Of a stretch of DNA of 40,328 nt, positions 1-8,605 are shown one piece after another. Below the pieces are notes generated by a model. That model saw only the letters and a program-made list of their open reading frames with translations, searched no databases and was not told the origin of the DNA. The stretch's first letter is position 1; each line of letters starts with the position of its first letter. The stretch covers positions 1 to 40,328 of the forward strand of contig JBFGJG010000038.1 of NCBI GenBank assembly GCA_041577295.1, read 5' to 3'. Both the position numbers and the translations under genes were made by a program. The DNA is from Gemmatimonadales bacterium (GTDB lineage: Bacteria > Gemmatimonadota > Gemmatimonadetes > Gemmatimonadales > GWC2-71-9).

Positions 1-1
1 A

Positions 2-484
2 CGAGCGTTGCAGGTTGCCGCCCATCTGCTCAGTCACGGACTCGATCCCGAGGGGATCTACCGCCACGTCTACGCGACCCAGTCGGAGGGGCGCATCAGG
101 CTGTTAGCCGAGGTGCTCGAGACGTTGGTCGTAGAGCATGATTACGGGCTTGCATGGCTCACCGTCCCGCCCGGCGCGATGGAGCGACGGGGAGTCGATC
201 CCGACGATCTCGAGGGCGTGGTCGAGTTTGCCCGTTCGGTACAAGGTGTCCGTCTTGCCGTGCTGTTCCGTCGCATCGCCAGTGGACGGATCAAGGTGTC
301 GTTCCGCTCTGTTGGAGACGTGGACGTGGCAACGCTCGCCCAACAATTTGGCGGCGGTGGGCACCGCAAGGCCGCCGGTGCCTCCCTCCAGGGGTCGCTG
401 CCGGAGGTTCAGGAAACGGTGCTCACCATGTGCCGCACGTTGCTGCGCGCTGCACCCGTTGGCCGCGGATCCACTCCATCCTAG
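2..484 (+). CDS. DHH family phosphoesterase (NrnA-like), C-terminal DHHA1 part; 5' end lies outside the window
   Basis: Frame open from the window edge; KVSFRS and FGGGGHRKAAGA motifs typical of DHHA1 domains. Confidence 0.88.
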   Translation, partial: RALQVAAHLLSHGLDPEGIYRHVYATQSEGRIRLLAEVLETLVVEHDYGLAWLTVPPGAMERRGVDPDDLEGVVEFARSVQGVRLAVLFRRIASGRIKVSFRSVGDVDVATLAQQFGGGGHRKAAGASLQGSLPEVQETVLTMCRTLLRAAPVGRGSTPS

Positions 485-494
485 GAACCACCAC

Positions 495-1595
495 ATGCCA
501 TCGAATTTGGAAGCCGCGGTCGCTGAAGCGCTCACAGGGCTCAAAAACCCCCGGGTCGACAACGATGTGCTGTCGGCAGGTATGGTTCAGCAGTTGAGCG
601 TGCACCAGGACGGTCGGGTCTCACTGACATTCCTTCTCTCGCGCGATGATCCTGCGTCCCTCGTCAGGCAGGTACGTCAAAGGCTGCGTGCCGTGGAAGG
701 GGTGACGGACGTGAAGATCGACGTGGAGGAGCCCCGCAGTGGGTCCGCGGGAGCACCCCGTGGATCGCCACAACCCGCGGCGGTTCCCAGACCGCCCTCA
801 CCGGTCGAACTCCCCGCCCTTGGCACCGTGATCGCCATTTCCAGCGGCAAGGGTGGGGTGGGAAAGTCGACCGTCGCCGCGAATCTCGCGGTTGCACTCG
901 CGCGCGAGGGTCGAGCCGTAGCCCTCATGGACGCGGACATTTACGGGCCGAACATCCCCAGGCTGTTCGGGGTGTCGGACAGGCCCATGGTGCAAAGTGG
1001 GAAGATCGTTCCACTCGAGAAGTACGGTGTTCGGCTCATCTCGCTCGGGCTGCTAGTGGACCGGGACGCCCCCGCGATTTGGCGTGGCCCAATCGTGACC
1101 AAAATCATCACGCAGTTCCTGCGGGACGTCGATTGGGGCAAGCTCGACTACTTCTTGGTCGATCTCCCCCCGGGGACGGGTGATGCACAGCTGTCGCTGG
1201 CACAGACGGTGCACCTGCGGGGCGCGATCATCGTCACGACCCCGCAAGAGATGGCCGTAGGTGATGCCCTCCGCGGCGCAAAGATGTTCGAGCGCGTTGG
1301 CGTTCCCGTGCTCGGTGTGGTGGAGAACATGAGCTACTTCGAATGTCCGCACTGCGGCGAGCGAAGCGAGATCTTCGTCTCAGGTGGGGGCCAGCGTCTA
1401 GCTACCGAGCTTGGCCTGCCGCTGCTCGGGCACGTGCCCCTGCAGGCCGAGATGGCAAGCATGGCGGACGAGGGAAAACCCGTGGTCGTGGCGCAGCCGA
1501 ACTCGCCAGCCGGTCGCGCCCTGGCGGAGATCGCACGGGAGGTCATCAAGCGCGCCGGAGGGAAGAGCGTGTCTCTTCCCATCATCACGGGGTAG
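495..1595 (+). CDS. mrp: Mrp/NBP35 (ApbC) Fe-S cluster carrier ATPase
   Basis: ATG 495 after AGGA; N-terminal DUF59-like domain, SGKGGVGKST Walker A, DADIYGP, WRGP, DLPPGTGD, ENMS and CPHC motifs. Confidence 0.95.
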   Translation: MPSNLEAAVAEALTGLKNPRVDNDVLSAGMVQQLSVHQDGRVSLTFLLSRDDPASLVRQVRQRLRAVEGVTDVKIDVEEPRSGSAGAPRGSPQPAAVPRPPSPVELPALGTVIAISSGKGGVGKSTVAANLAVALAREGRAVALMDADIYGPNIPRLFGVSDRPMVQSGKIVPLEKYGVRLISLGLLVDRDAPAIWRGPIVTKIITQFLRDVDWGKLDYFLVDLPPGTGDAQLSLAQTVHLRGAIIVTTPQEMAVGDALRGAKMFERVGVPVLGVVENMSYFECPHCGERSEIFVSGGGQRLATELGLPLLGHVPLQAEMASMADEGKPVVVAQPNSPAGRALAEIAREVIKRAGGKSVSLPIITG

Positions 1596-1715
1596 CTCGC
1601 TGGCAATCGGACCTTGGCCGGAGGGGGCAGAAGAGCCAGGAGGGGTCAACAACCCGTCAGTTCAGGTTGAGCAACGGGGTGGATCCACGGCTCGCTACTT
1701 ATGGATGGGGATGTC

Positions 1716-2573
1716 CTAGTACCACTCTACAGCGATCTTCCCGATAACTGCCTCGACGCGCAAGTGAATCTTCGACTGGGCCTCCTCGAAGTTCTCCGAA
1801 ACGTAGCGGTCGCCCCGCTTCACGAAGCCTGACCGGTCGAAGCCCGCGAGCAGACGATCGAGCGAAACGGTCACGCCAAGAGCTTTTGGAAACCGTAGCG
1901 TCACCTTGCCCAGTCCAATCTCGACGAACGCCTCGGTCGCGACGTTCGGGTCCCACTGGCCGCCGAAGTCGAGCACGACCTCACCAGCGCCTCCCGAGAA
2001 TCCAATTCGCGCACAACGAGCGTTGCCGAGGTTTCGAGCGGTGAACTGGGCTGCGCCCACGTCAAACTCGAGTGCCTCACACCGAATCCGATTGGGTGTC
2101 GAGAAGTCCACTGTGCTCCGGCTGGCACCGGTCTCAATCGAGGCCCGTGCCAACGAGAGGCCACCGAAGTCGATGTCAGCCCGGGCGGCGCCAAACTCGA
2201 GCGCAAGCGTGGTCGGGATCGACGGCGCGAGGCCGAGATCCAGCCGCTGTTTGGAGTTTCTGAACTCGCGGATGCTCGACGCGACGCCGTGTCCGGACAC
2301 GTCGATGCTGAGGGAGCGTTCCTCAGCATCGTAGCTGATGTCTGGTGAGAACTCATCGTCGTCGTAGACCAGCGTCGCCCGATACAACGCACCACGTGCG
2401 TCGGCGACCAGGGTAAACGTGCCAACGACGAATTCGACGTCAACGTGCAGTGCCTCTTCACCTTGCATCACGCGAGAAGCGGCCACGGTGTGATAGGACT
2501 GGGCGACGGCGATGGAGACATTGCTGAGCACGAGCCCGCCCCCGATCAGGACGGAGCCGTACGACGTCCTCAC
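1716..2573 (-). CDS. Secreted beta-rich protein, LiaF/'toast rack'-like; last gene of the ECF operon
   Basis: GTG 2573 overlaps the upstream TGA (GTGA); signal peptide ending AVA-Q; repeated 'L/I.xG..x..D' beta units. Family assignment is by resemblance only. Confidence 0.6.
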   Translation of the reverse strand: MRTSYGSVLIGGGLVLSNVSIAVAQSYHTVAASRVMQGEEALHVDVEFVVGTFTLVADARGALYRATLVYDDDEFSPDISYDAEERSLSIDVSGHGVASSIREFRNSKQRLDLGLAPSIPTTLALEFGAARADIDFGGLSLARASIETGASRSTVDFSTPNRIRCEALEFDVGAAQFTARNLGNARCARIGFSGGAGEVVLDFGGQWDPNVATEAFVEIGLGKVTLRFPKALGVTVSLDRLLAGFDRSGFVKRGDRYVSENFEEAQSKIHLRVEAVIGKIAVEWY

Positions 2574-4093
2574 GAGCGCGCGCGTCCGGAGCGACGTGGC
2601 TCCGCGATAAAGGAGGGCTCCCAGAGATCGCGATCTTCGAGCGCACGGTCGATGCGTCGCACAACCGTACCACGCACGCCGCCCCTTGAAAGGAGCATGG
2701 CGCCAAAGCCAGCCGTCGCGAGGATCCAGGTGAGCAACGCAGCGATAATGGTCATCAAGGTGCCGGCAACCGGCACCCACCCGAACAACACCGGTGGAAT
2801 CCAGATCGCCAGCACGCCAATCAGTCCAAAGATCAGGTACCGGTAAGTCAGCCAACCCTGGATGCTGAGTCCCTGTGCGATTCGGCGCCGCACATAGATC
2901 TCACCCACCGTGCGCGCGATGGCGATGTACCCAGCCGTTACCGAGACGAAGAGTGCGGCCGCGAACGCCGTGATCGCAAATGGCACGAGGAGAATCCCGA
3001 CGATGGTTACCGTGAGCCCACCGACGAGCAGGGCCAGCAACGGAATGAGCAGCGGTTGCGCGAACAATCCCGCCAGAAACGATCGGCCAAAGGAGTGCCA
3101 CGCGGTGTCGGCCACGGCCTCGAGTTGACGTGGGGCGAAGAACATGATGCCGATCCCGACGAACATCAGGCCAATGAAGGTGGCGAGGAGATTCATAGCC
3201 CCGGTGGTGAGCCCGCTGATAATCGACGTTCGGGGCGGTGTGGGAAACTCCGTCCGCTCGAATACCGAAGCGCCCGGTTGCAGTAACTGTTCGGGAAGCG
3301 GCCCTCTGAGCTGACGCACCTCACCCAGGAGACGCCCGCCGTCGAGTTGGAGCTCCCCATCCAGCAGCTGAACATCACCCTCCACGACGCCACCTCGGGC
3401 GAGTATGACGTCGCCGTCGAGCGCCATCACGTCGCCGCGTACTCTGCCTCGCACGGTCAGGTCACCCGAAAGCATCGTGATCTTCCCGTCCACCACCGTT
3501 CCCTCAGGAACCACGTGATCGCGCGTGTACACTTGTCGTCCAGCAAGCAGATCGTCCACGTTGATGTCGACGATGACGGGATCGACCCCAGGCACTTGGG
3601 GCACCTGCGGGACCGGTGGAATACGTCCTGGGGCCTGCTCCTGGCTGCCTGCAAGCGCCGGATTGAGGGCCACCAGTGGTTCGGTGCGGCCGAGTTGTCG
3701 CACCGCGTCAAGGACCTGGTGGAGAATGCTGGCCTCGCGACCGTCGAGTCCTTCGATTTCCAATCGCTGCACGAGTGTCAACGCTTCGCCAGACTCGACA
3801 CCCGTCGCTTCCCGCACGACGGATCGCCAAGCGGCGTGCAGCCGGCCGCGCGGTGACACCGTACCCAGCTCACTGTCGCCCACCCAGAAGTGACCATCGA
3901 CCAGGCGGATCGTGAGCTCCTGCCCGTTCGCCAGCTCGAAGGTGAGACGGTGCTCGTCGTCCGAGGACGACGTCATGTGTGCGACGACGTTTCCGGCCTG
4001 GCGAGCCGGATCGGTGGCATCGAGCCGCTCAACCGTCAGCGTCAACGGGATGGCGGCGGCCAGTATCCAGGGCGCGAGCTCAAAGCTTCGCAT
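2570..4093 (-). CDS. Membrane protein with bactofilin/polymer-forming beta-helix repeats and C-terminal TM helices
   Basis: ATG 4093; signal-like N-terminus, repeats GKITMLSGDLTVRGRVRGDVMALDGDVILARGGVVEGDV, Pro-rich linker, about 5 hydrophobic helices. Confidence 0.75.
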   Translation of the reverse strand: MRSFELAPWILAAAIPLTLTVERLDATDPARQAGNVVAHMTSSSDDEHRLTFELANGQELTIRLVDGHFWVGDSELGTVSPRGRLHAAWRSVVREATGVESGEALTLVQRLEIEGLDGREASILHQVLDAVRQLGRTEPLVALNPALAGSQEQAPGRIPPVPQVPQVPGVDPVIVDINVDDLLAGRQVYTRDHVVPEGTVVDGKITMLSGDLTVRGRVRGDVMALDGDVILARGGVVEGDVQLLDGELQLDGGRLLGEVRQLRGPLPEQLLQPGASVFERTEFPTPPRTSIISGLTTGAMNLLATFIGLMFVGIGIMFFAPRQLEAVADTAWHSFGRSFLAGLFAQPLLIPLLALLVGGLTVTIVGILLVPFAITAFAAALFVSVTAGYIAIARTVGEIYVRRRIAQGLSIQGWLTYRYLIFGLIGVLAIWIPPVLFGWVPVAGTLMTIIAALLTWILATAGFGAMLLSRGGVRGTVVRRIDRALEDRDLWEPSFIAEPRRSGRARS

Positions 4094-4604
4094 GCAACAT
4101 GTTCCTCGTCGACGATTCGACACGAAGAGTCCAGTAAAGGCCCAGAGCGCACAGGATCCACAGCAGCGTGACCCCGATGCCGAGGGGTAGTGCCCAATCA
4201 GCGACCAGCCGAACGGCCGGGCGCGTCAGGGCCTCGGCCCAAAGCTCGCCGGCTGCCATGATCCCTGCCTCCCAAGCGAGGAGGACAACGTGCTCGAAAG
4301 CGAAACGCCACGCCCGGCCCACGTAGCTCGAGAACACGGTGACGGCCACCGCCAGGCTCACGAGCGTGACCGCCGTTCCCACAAAGAAGGGGACGGCCAG
4401 GAGCCGCGCCTGGGGCGTCCGCAGCCACGCTCGTCCGCGCTCGCCAAGGCTGCTCAGCCACAGCGGTACAGGTTGCCAGACGTGCACCAATACTCTGTCG
4501 GCCAGGCCGGGCCGGGGAGCGTAGGCGGGAAGGAGAGCCAGATGCTGGTGAGTAACCGGGTCTTCTTCCGCGGGCGTGCGGGGTTCCATGGGGACGTCTC
4601 TCAT
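4080..4604 (-). CDS. Putative membrane anti-sigma factor
   Basis: Directly downstream of the ECF sigma; SD AGGAG; LxxLPxxAPxxGLADRVL helix resembling an anti-sigma domain, then TM segments. Confidence 0.6.
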   Translation of the reverse strand: MRDVPMEPRTPAEEDPVTHQHLALLPAYAPRPGLADRVLVHVWQPVPLWLSSLGERGRAWLRTPQARLLAVPFFVGTAVTLVSLAVAVTVFSSYVGRAWRFAFEHVVLLAWEAGIMAAGELWAEALTRPAVRLVADWALPLGIGVTLLWILCALGLYWTLRVESSTRNMLHAKL

Positions 4605-4615
4605 CGAAAGCTCCT

Positions 4616-4641
4616 TACGGACCGCTTCCCGGGGAGTTTCA
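4616..4641 (-). promoter_or_regulatory. SigW-type ECF promoter TGAAAC-N16-CGTA
   Basis: Minus strand TGAAAC (4641-4636), 16 nt, CGTA (4619-4616); identical to the B. subtilis SigW consensus; -35 overlaps the sigma gene stop codon. Confidence 0.75.
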
Positions 4642-5241
4642 CTCCCTGAGCGGCGCCAAGGCGGCCTGCAGTTCCGCCCTGGCTCGGTGGATGTACGTCT
4701 TCACGGTCCCCAGCGGGAGATCGAGTATTGACGCGATCTCGTCGTAGGGACGGCCTTCCACATGTCTCAAAATGATACAGGCCCTGTACTCCGGGCGTAG
4801 CTGGCCGATGGCCTTCTCGATCGCCGACCCCAGCTCTCGAGCCTCCACCTCCTCCAGAGGCGATTCGGTGGCGTCCCCGATTTGGAGGGAGGTGGCCTCG
4901 ATACGCTCCTGCGTCGTGGCGTCTGGGCGCCCATGGATGGAAAGGGTGTCCAGCTCCTTGCGCCGGAGCTGATCGATAGCGGCGTTGTTGGCGATCTTGA
5001 AGATCCACGAGGAAAACTTGTATTCGGGACGGTACCGATCGATGGCGTTCAGGACCTTGATGAACGTCTCCTGCGTGAGGTCCTCGGCCAATTCGCGATC
5101 CCGCACCATTCGGTATACGAGCGAGAACACCGGGCGTTGATAGCGACGGATGAGCTCGCGATAGGCCGCCTCAGATCCACCCCGGGCATACCGCACGACG
5201 TCCTGGTCGGTAGCGTCGCTGAGATCACGGGTGGGCGTCAT
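4639..5241 (-). CDS. ECF RNA polymerase sigma factor, SigW-like
   Basis: ATG 5241; region 2 AEDLTQETFIK...KFSSWIFKIANNAAIDQLRRK and region 4 YDEIASILDLPLGTVKTYIHRAR closely resemble SigW. Confidence 0.93.
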   Translation of the reverse strand: MTPTRDLSDATDQDVVRYARGGSEAAYRELIRRYQRPVFSLVYRMVRDRELAEDLTQETFIKVLNAIDRYRPEYKFSSWIFKIANNAAIDQLRRKELDTLSIHGRPDATTQERIEATSLQIGDATESPLEEVEARELGSAIEKAIGQLRPEYRACIILRHVEGRPYDEIASILDLPLGTVKTYIHRARAELQAALAPLRE

Positions 5242-5333
5242 CGCCGTCCGAATCCCTCCGAGGCATTCTCGGTGGCGGTTTCCTGCCGGGCAAGCTTGCG
5301 GTAAGTTCAAGCGTGCCAGTATTTTTCGCGCCT

Positions 5334-6059
5334 ATGTCCACACCCGCCAGCCTGTCTCGTGTGGATGGCGAGGAGAAGCGATCGTACGTGCGGAGCATGT
5401 TCACGGCGATTGCACCGCGCTATGACCTTCTAAACCATCTGCTGAGCCTGGGCATTGACCGGCGGTGGAGGCGGCGGGCCGTTGAAGAGTTGCGGTGGCA
5501 AACGGCCCCCGAGGGGACCTACCTGGATCTCTGTGCGGGGACCCTCGACTTGGCCGCCGAGCTTGCGAGACGACCAGGGTTCCGCGGACGCGTTGTTGGG
5601 GCGGACTTCGCCGTGCCCATGCTTCGACTGGGAGTTGCAAAGGCACAGCGCATGGCACCGGTTGGCGCCGACGCGTTGGAGCTGCCATTCGCGAGCGGGA
5701 CGTTTGGTGGTTGCTTGGTGGGCTTCGGTGTTCGCAATCTCGCGAATCTCGAAGCAGGGATTAGCGAGATTGCCAGAGTGCTGCGTCCCGGTTCCCGTCT
5801 CATCGTGTTGGAGTTCGCTACTCCCACGTTTCGGCCCTTTCGTTGGCTGTACCTCTGGTATTTCCGGCGTGTACTTCCGTTGATAGGGCGAATGGTGTCC
5901 AAACATACGAGTGCGTACTCGTACCTGCCAGCATCGGTTGATCAGTTTCCTCCCCCCCAACAGTTTCGAGATCTGCTCACCGCTCACGGCTTTGCAGACG
6001 TGGCTATCCAGCCGCTCACTCTTGGAGTTGCCGTGCTCTACGCCGGAACACGCGTGTGA
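5334..6059 (+). CDS. menG: Demethylmenaquinone methyltransferase (UbiE/MenG)
   Basis: VRSMFTAIAPRYDLLNHLLSLGIDRRWR, LDLCAGT SAM motif, GFGVRN, YSYLPASV. Confidence 0.93.
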   Translation: MSTPASLSRVDGEEKRSYVRSMFTAIAPRYDLLNHLLSLGIDRRWRRRAVEELRWQTAPEGTYLDLCAGTLDLAAELARRPGFRGRVVGADFAVPMLRLGVAKAQRMAPVGADALELPFASGTFGGCLVGFGVRNLANLEAGISEIARVLRPGSRLIVLEFATPTFRPFRWLYLWYFRRVLPLIGRMVSKHTSAYSYLPASVDQFPPPQQFRDLLTAHGFADVAIQPLTLGVAVLYAGTRV

Positions 6060-7552
6060 CCCTCAACAATCTGACGGAGTTCGTTGATCAGCTCGAACAG
6101 TCTGGGGAGCTCGTGCGTGTCCGACATCCCGTGTCGGTGGTCCACGAGATCACGGAGATCGCCGATCGCTGTATGAAATCGCCAGGCGGCGGGCCCGCGC
6201 TCTTGTTCGAACGCCCGGTCCTCGCCGACGGGTCGACCAGCGAGTACCCGGCCGGGATCAACCTCTTCGGATCCATGCGCCGCATTTGCATGGCCTTTGG
6301 TGTGCACGATCTCGATGACATCGGGGGGCGCATTGGCGAGCTGCTGACTACGAAGGTGCCCGAGGGTTGGCGGGCAAAGCTCGCGATGCTGCCCAAGCTC
6401 GCCGAAATAACGAAGTATCCCCCGCGCACGATGAGCGGGAAAGCACCCTCCCAGGAGATCGTCATCCGGGGTGAGAAAGTCGACGTCCAGCGTCTCCCAA
6501 ACCTGTGGTGCTGGCCCGACGACGGTGGAGCCTACATCACCTTGCCGCAAGTCATCACCCGCGACCCGGCGACTGGTGTGCGCAACGTGGGGATGTACCG
6601 GATTCAGGTGCTCGGACCGAAACTGCTGGCCATGCACTGGCAACGACACAAGGTCGGTGCGGCACACTGGCGGGACATGGCAGGTCGCGGCGAGACCATG
6701 CCGGTGGCCATCGCGTTGGGTGGCGATCCCGCATCGATTTACTCGGCGTCGGCGCCGCTTCCGCCGAACATCGACGAGTATCTCTTCGCCGGTTTCCTGC
6801 GGCGCAAGCCGGTTGTCCTCACAAAAGCGGTGACCTCTGACTTGCTGGTCCCAGCAGAAGCCGACATCGTGCTCGAGGGGTTCATCGATCCCGGCGAGCC
6901 CCTCGTTCTCGAAGGTCCGTTTGGTGACCACACGGGCTTTTATTCGTTGGCGGACTACTATCCGGCAGTGCATCTCACGGCCATCACTATGCGCCCCCAC
7001 CCGGTGTATCCGTGCACGATCGTCGGTAAGCCGCCAATGGAGGACTTTTATCTGGGCCATGCCACAGAGCGCATCTTCCTCCCGCTCCTGCGGCTGACGG
7101 TGCCCGAGATCGTCGATTACCACATGCCACCGCCGGGCATCTTTCACAACCTCGTGTTTGTCAGCATCGACAAGCAATATCCCGGTCAGGCATGGAAGGT
7201 CATGAACGCCCTCTGGGGCATGGGACTGATGTCCCTTGCAAAGGTCATCATCGTATTGGACAAGGACGTCAACGTACGGAATCCGGACGAAGCGTGGTGG
7301 GTAGCGCTCAATCACATCGATCCGGAGCGTGACGTGCGCTTCACGATGGGTCCGATCGATGTGCTCGACCACGCGTCGCGTGCTTTCACGTACGGTTCAA
7401 AGATGGGCATCGATGGGACGCGAAAATGGAAGGAAGAAGGTTTCGAGCGGGACTGGCCCGATCGCATTGTGATGGATGACGCCACCAAGGCGCGGGTTGA
7501 TCAGATGTGGATGAACCTCGGGATCTCGCTGCCGGGACCGGGGGGTCGATGA
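6056..7552 (+). CDS. UbiD-family decarboxylase (menaquinone/futalosine pathway, MqnL-like)
   Basis: GTGA overlap with menG; WPDDGGAYIT, RNVGMYR, EGPFGDHTGFY, GSKMGIDGT motifs. Confidence 0.92.
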   Translation: MTLNNLTEFVDQLEQSGELVRVRHPVSVVHEITEIADRCMKSPGGGPALLFERPVLADGSTSEYPAGINLFGSMRRICMAFGVHDLDDIGGRIGELLTTKVPEGWRAKLAMLPKLAEITKYPPRTMSGKAPSQEIVIRGEKVDVQRLPNLWCWPDDGGAYITLPQVITRDPATGVRNVGMYRIQVLGPKLLAMHWQRHKVGAAHWRDMAGRGETMPVAIALGGDPASIYSASAPLPPNIDEYLFAGFLRRKPVVLTKAVTSDLLVPAEADIVLEGFIDPGEPLVLEGPFGDHTGFYSLADYYPAVHLTAITMRPHPVYPCTIVGKPPMEDFYLGHATERIFLPLLRLTVPEIVDYHMPPPGIFHNLVFVSIDKQYPGQAWKVMNALWGMGLMSLAKVIIVLDKDVNVRNPDEAWWVALNHIDPERDVRFTMGPIDVLDHASRAFTYGSKMGIDGTRKWKEEGFERDWPDRIVMDDATKARVDQMWMNLGISLPGPGGR

Positions 7553-8445
7553 CCGCTGGGCGCGACGGACAGACGCTAGTTGGCGAGTCCCTCCTCGTTC
7601 GATACGTCAACTTCGTCAAGCTTCCGCATACGGTCTTCGCACTCCCCTTTGCACTCCTGGGAATGGTCTACGCCTCCTTCGAGCGTCCGGTCACCGCGCG
7701 CCAGGCGCTGCTGGTCGTCGTGGCGTTCACGGCGGCGCGGTTTGCCGCCATGGGTTTCAACCGCATCGTCGATCGGCACTACGACGGACTGAACCCACGC
7801 ACGCGAGAAAGGGAAATGCCCACGGGACGGCTGACCCTGCCGCAGGCTGCGGGATCCGTCTTGGTCGCGAGTGGGGTGTTCATCGGTGCGGCCGGGCTGC
7901 TCAACCCACTCTGTCTCGCCCTGAGCCCGGCGGCCCTGATCTGGATCCTGGGGTATAGCTACACCAAGCGATTCACTCACTGGTCCCATCTCTGGCTGGG
8001 GCTGGCACTGGCCGTGGCGCCGGTAGGCGGCTTTTTGGCGATCACCGGAGCCTGGAGCGATCCCTGGTGGACACTGCTCGCGGCGGCGATAGCCGTGGTC
8101 ACCTGGGTGGCTGGATTCGATATCCTGTACGCCCTCCAAGACGAGGCATTCGACAAGGAGCATGGCTTACACAGCGCTGTTGTGCTCCTTGGGGTACGAG
8201 GGAGCATAGTTACCGCCAAACTGTTGCACATCATAACTTTAGTGCTACTCATTATGTTTGGTGTTGGTACTCAGTTCGGCATGGTCTACTATGCTGGCGT
8301 GCTCCTGGCTGGATTGATCTTGATTTGGGAGCACCGCCTGGTGCGCCCCGACGACCTCACGCGTCTCGACGCTGCGTTTTTCCAGATGAACGGGATCGTG
8401 AGCATCGTGATGTTCGTGTTCGCGTTTGGCGACAGAGTCCTATGA
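7549..8445 (+). CDS. UbiA-family prenyltransferase (MqnP-like)
   Basis: ATGA overlap; KLPHTVFALPFA, NRIVDRHYDGLNPRT, YSYTKRF, GFDILYALQD motifs. Confidence 0.92.
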   Translation: MTAGRDGQTLVGESLLVRYVNFVKLPHTVFALPFALLGMVYASFERPVTARQALLVVVAFTAARFAAMGFNRIVDRHYDGLNPRTREREMPTGRLTLPQAAGSVLVASGVFIGAAGLLNPLCLALSPAALIWILGYSYTKRFTHWSHLWLGLALAVAPVGGFLAITGAWSDPWWTLLAAAIAVVTWVAGFDILYALQDEAFDKEHGLHSAVVLLGVRGSIVTAKLLHIITLVLLIMFGVGTQFGMVYYAGVLLAGLILIWEHRLVRPDDLTRLDAAFFQMNGIVSIVMFVFAFGDRVL

Positions 8446-8603
8446 GCAAGAAACGGATTGCCCGCCCTCCCGTCAGCCCGCCGTCCCGTCCGCAGCGAAA
8501 GCGCGGCCGGAAGAAATCTTCAGTCCGCCCATCTGTCCCTCCGCCTGCGCGCCCTCCCAGTCATCCTCACAAGACGCCCACCCCGAACCGGAGGGGACGC
8601 TGA
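8442..8603 (+). CDS. Putative 53-aa Arg/Lys/Pro-rich small protein
   Basis: ATG overlaps the ubiA stop (ATGA); stop 2 nt before the ubiX GTG; fills the gap exactly. Confidence 0.4.
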   Translation: MSKKRIARPPVSPPSRPQRKRGRKKSSVRPSVPPPARPPSHPHKTPTPNRRGR

Positions 8604-8605
8604 GG

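Noticed and set aside
138..494. N-terminal extensions in the ORF track for mrp (also mutM, glmS, glmM, the peptidase and the kinase)
   Set aside because: They overlap neighbouring genes; family-typical N-termini begin at downstream starts
5242..5333. Autoregulatory ECF promoter upstream of the sigma gene (GGAAAC-N17-CGGA; TGAACT)
   Set aside because: Mismatches and spacing deviate from the two exact motifs; too weak to call
6038..7372. 444-aa antisense ORF opposite the UbiD gene, and many similar shadow ORFs
   Set aside because: Expected from high-GC codon bias; no recognisable motifs; fully overlaps a well-supported gene
8160..8330. AT-richer patch inside the UbiA gene
   Set aside because: Reading frame intact and encodes Ile/Leu/Phe-rich TM helices; no insertion boundaries or repeats
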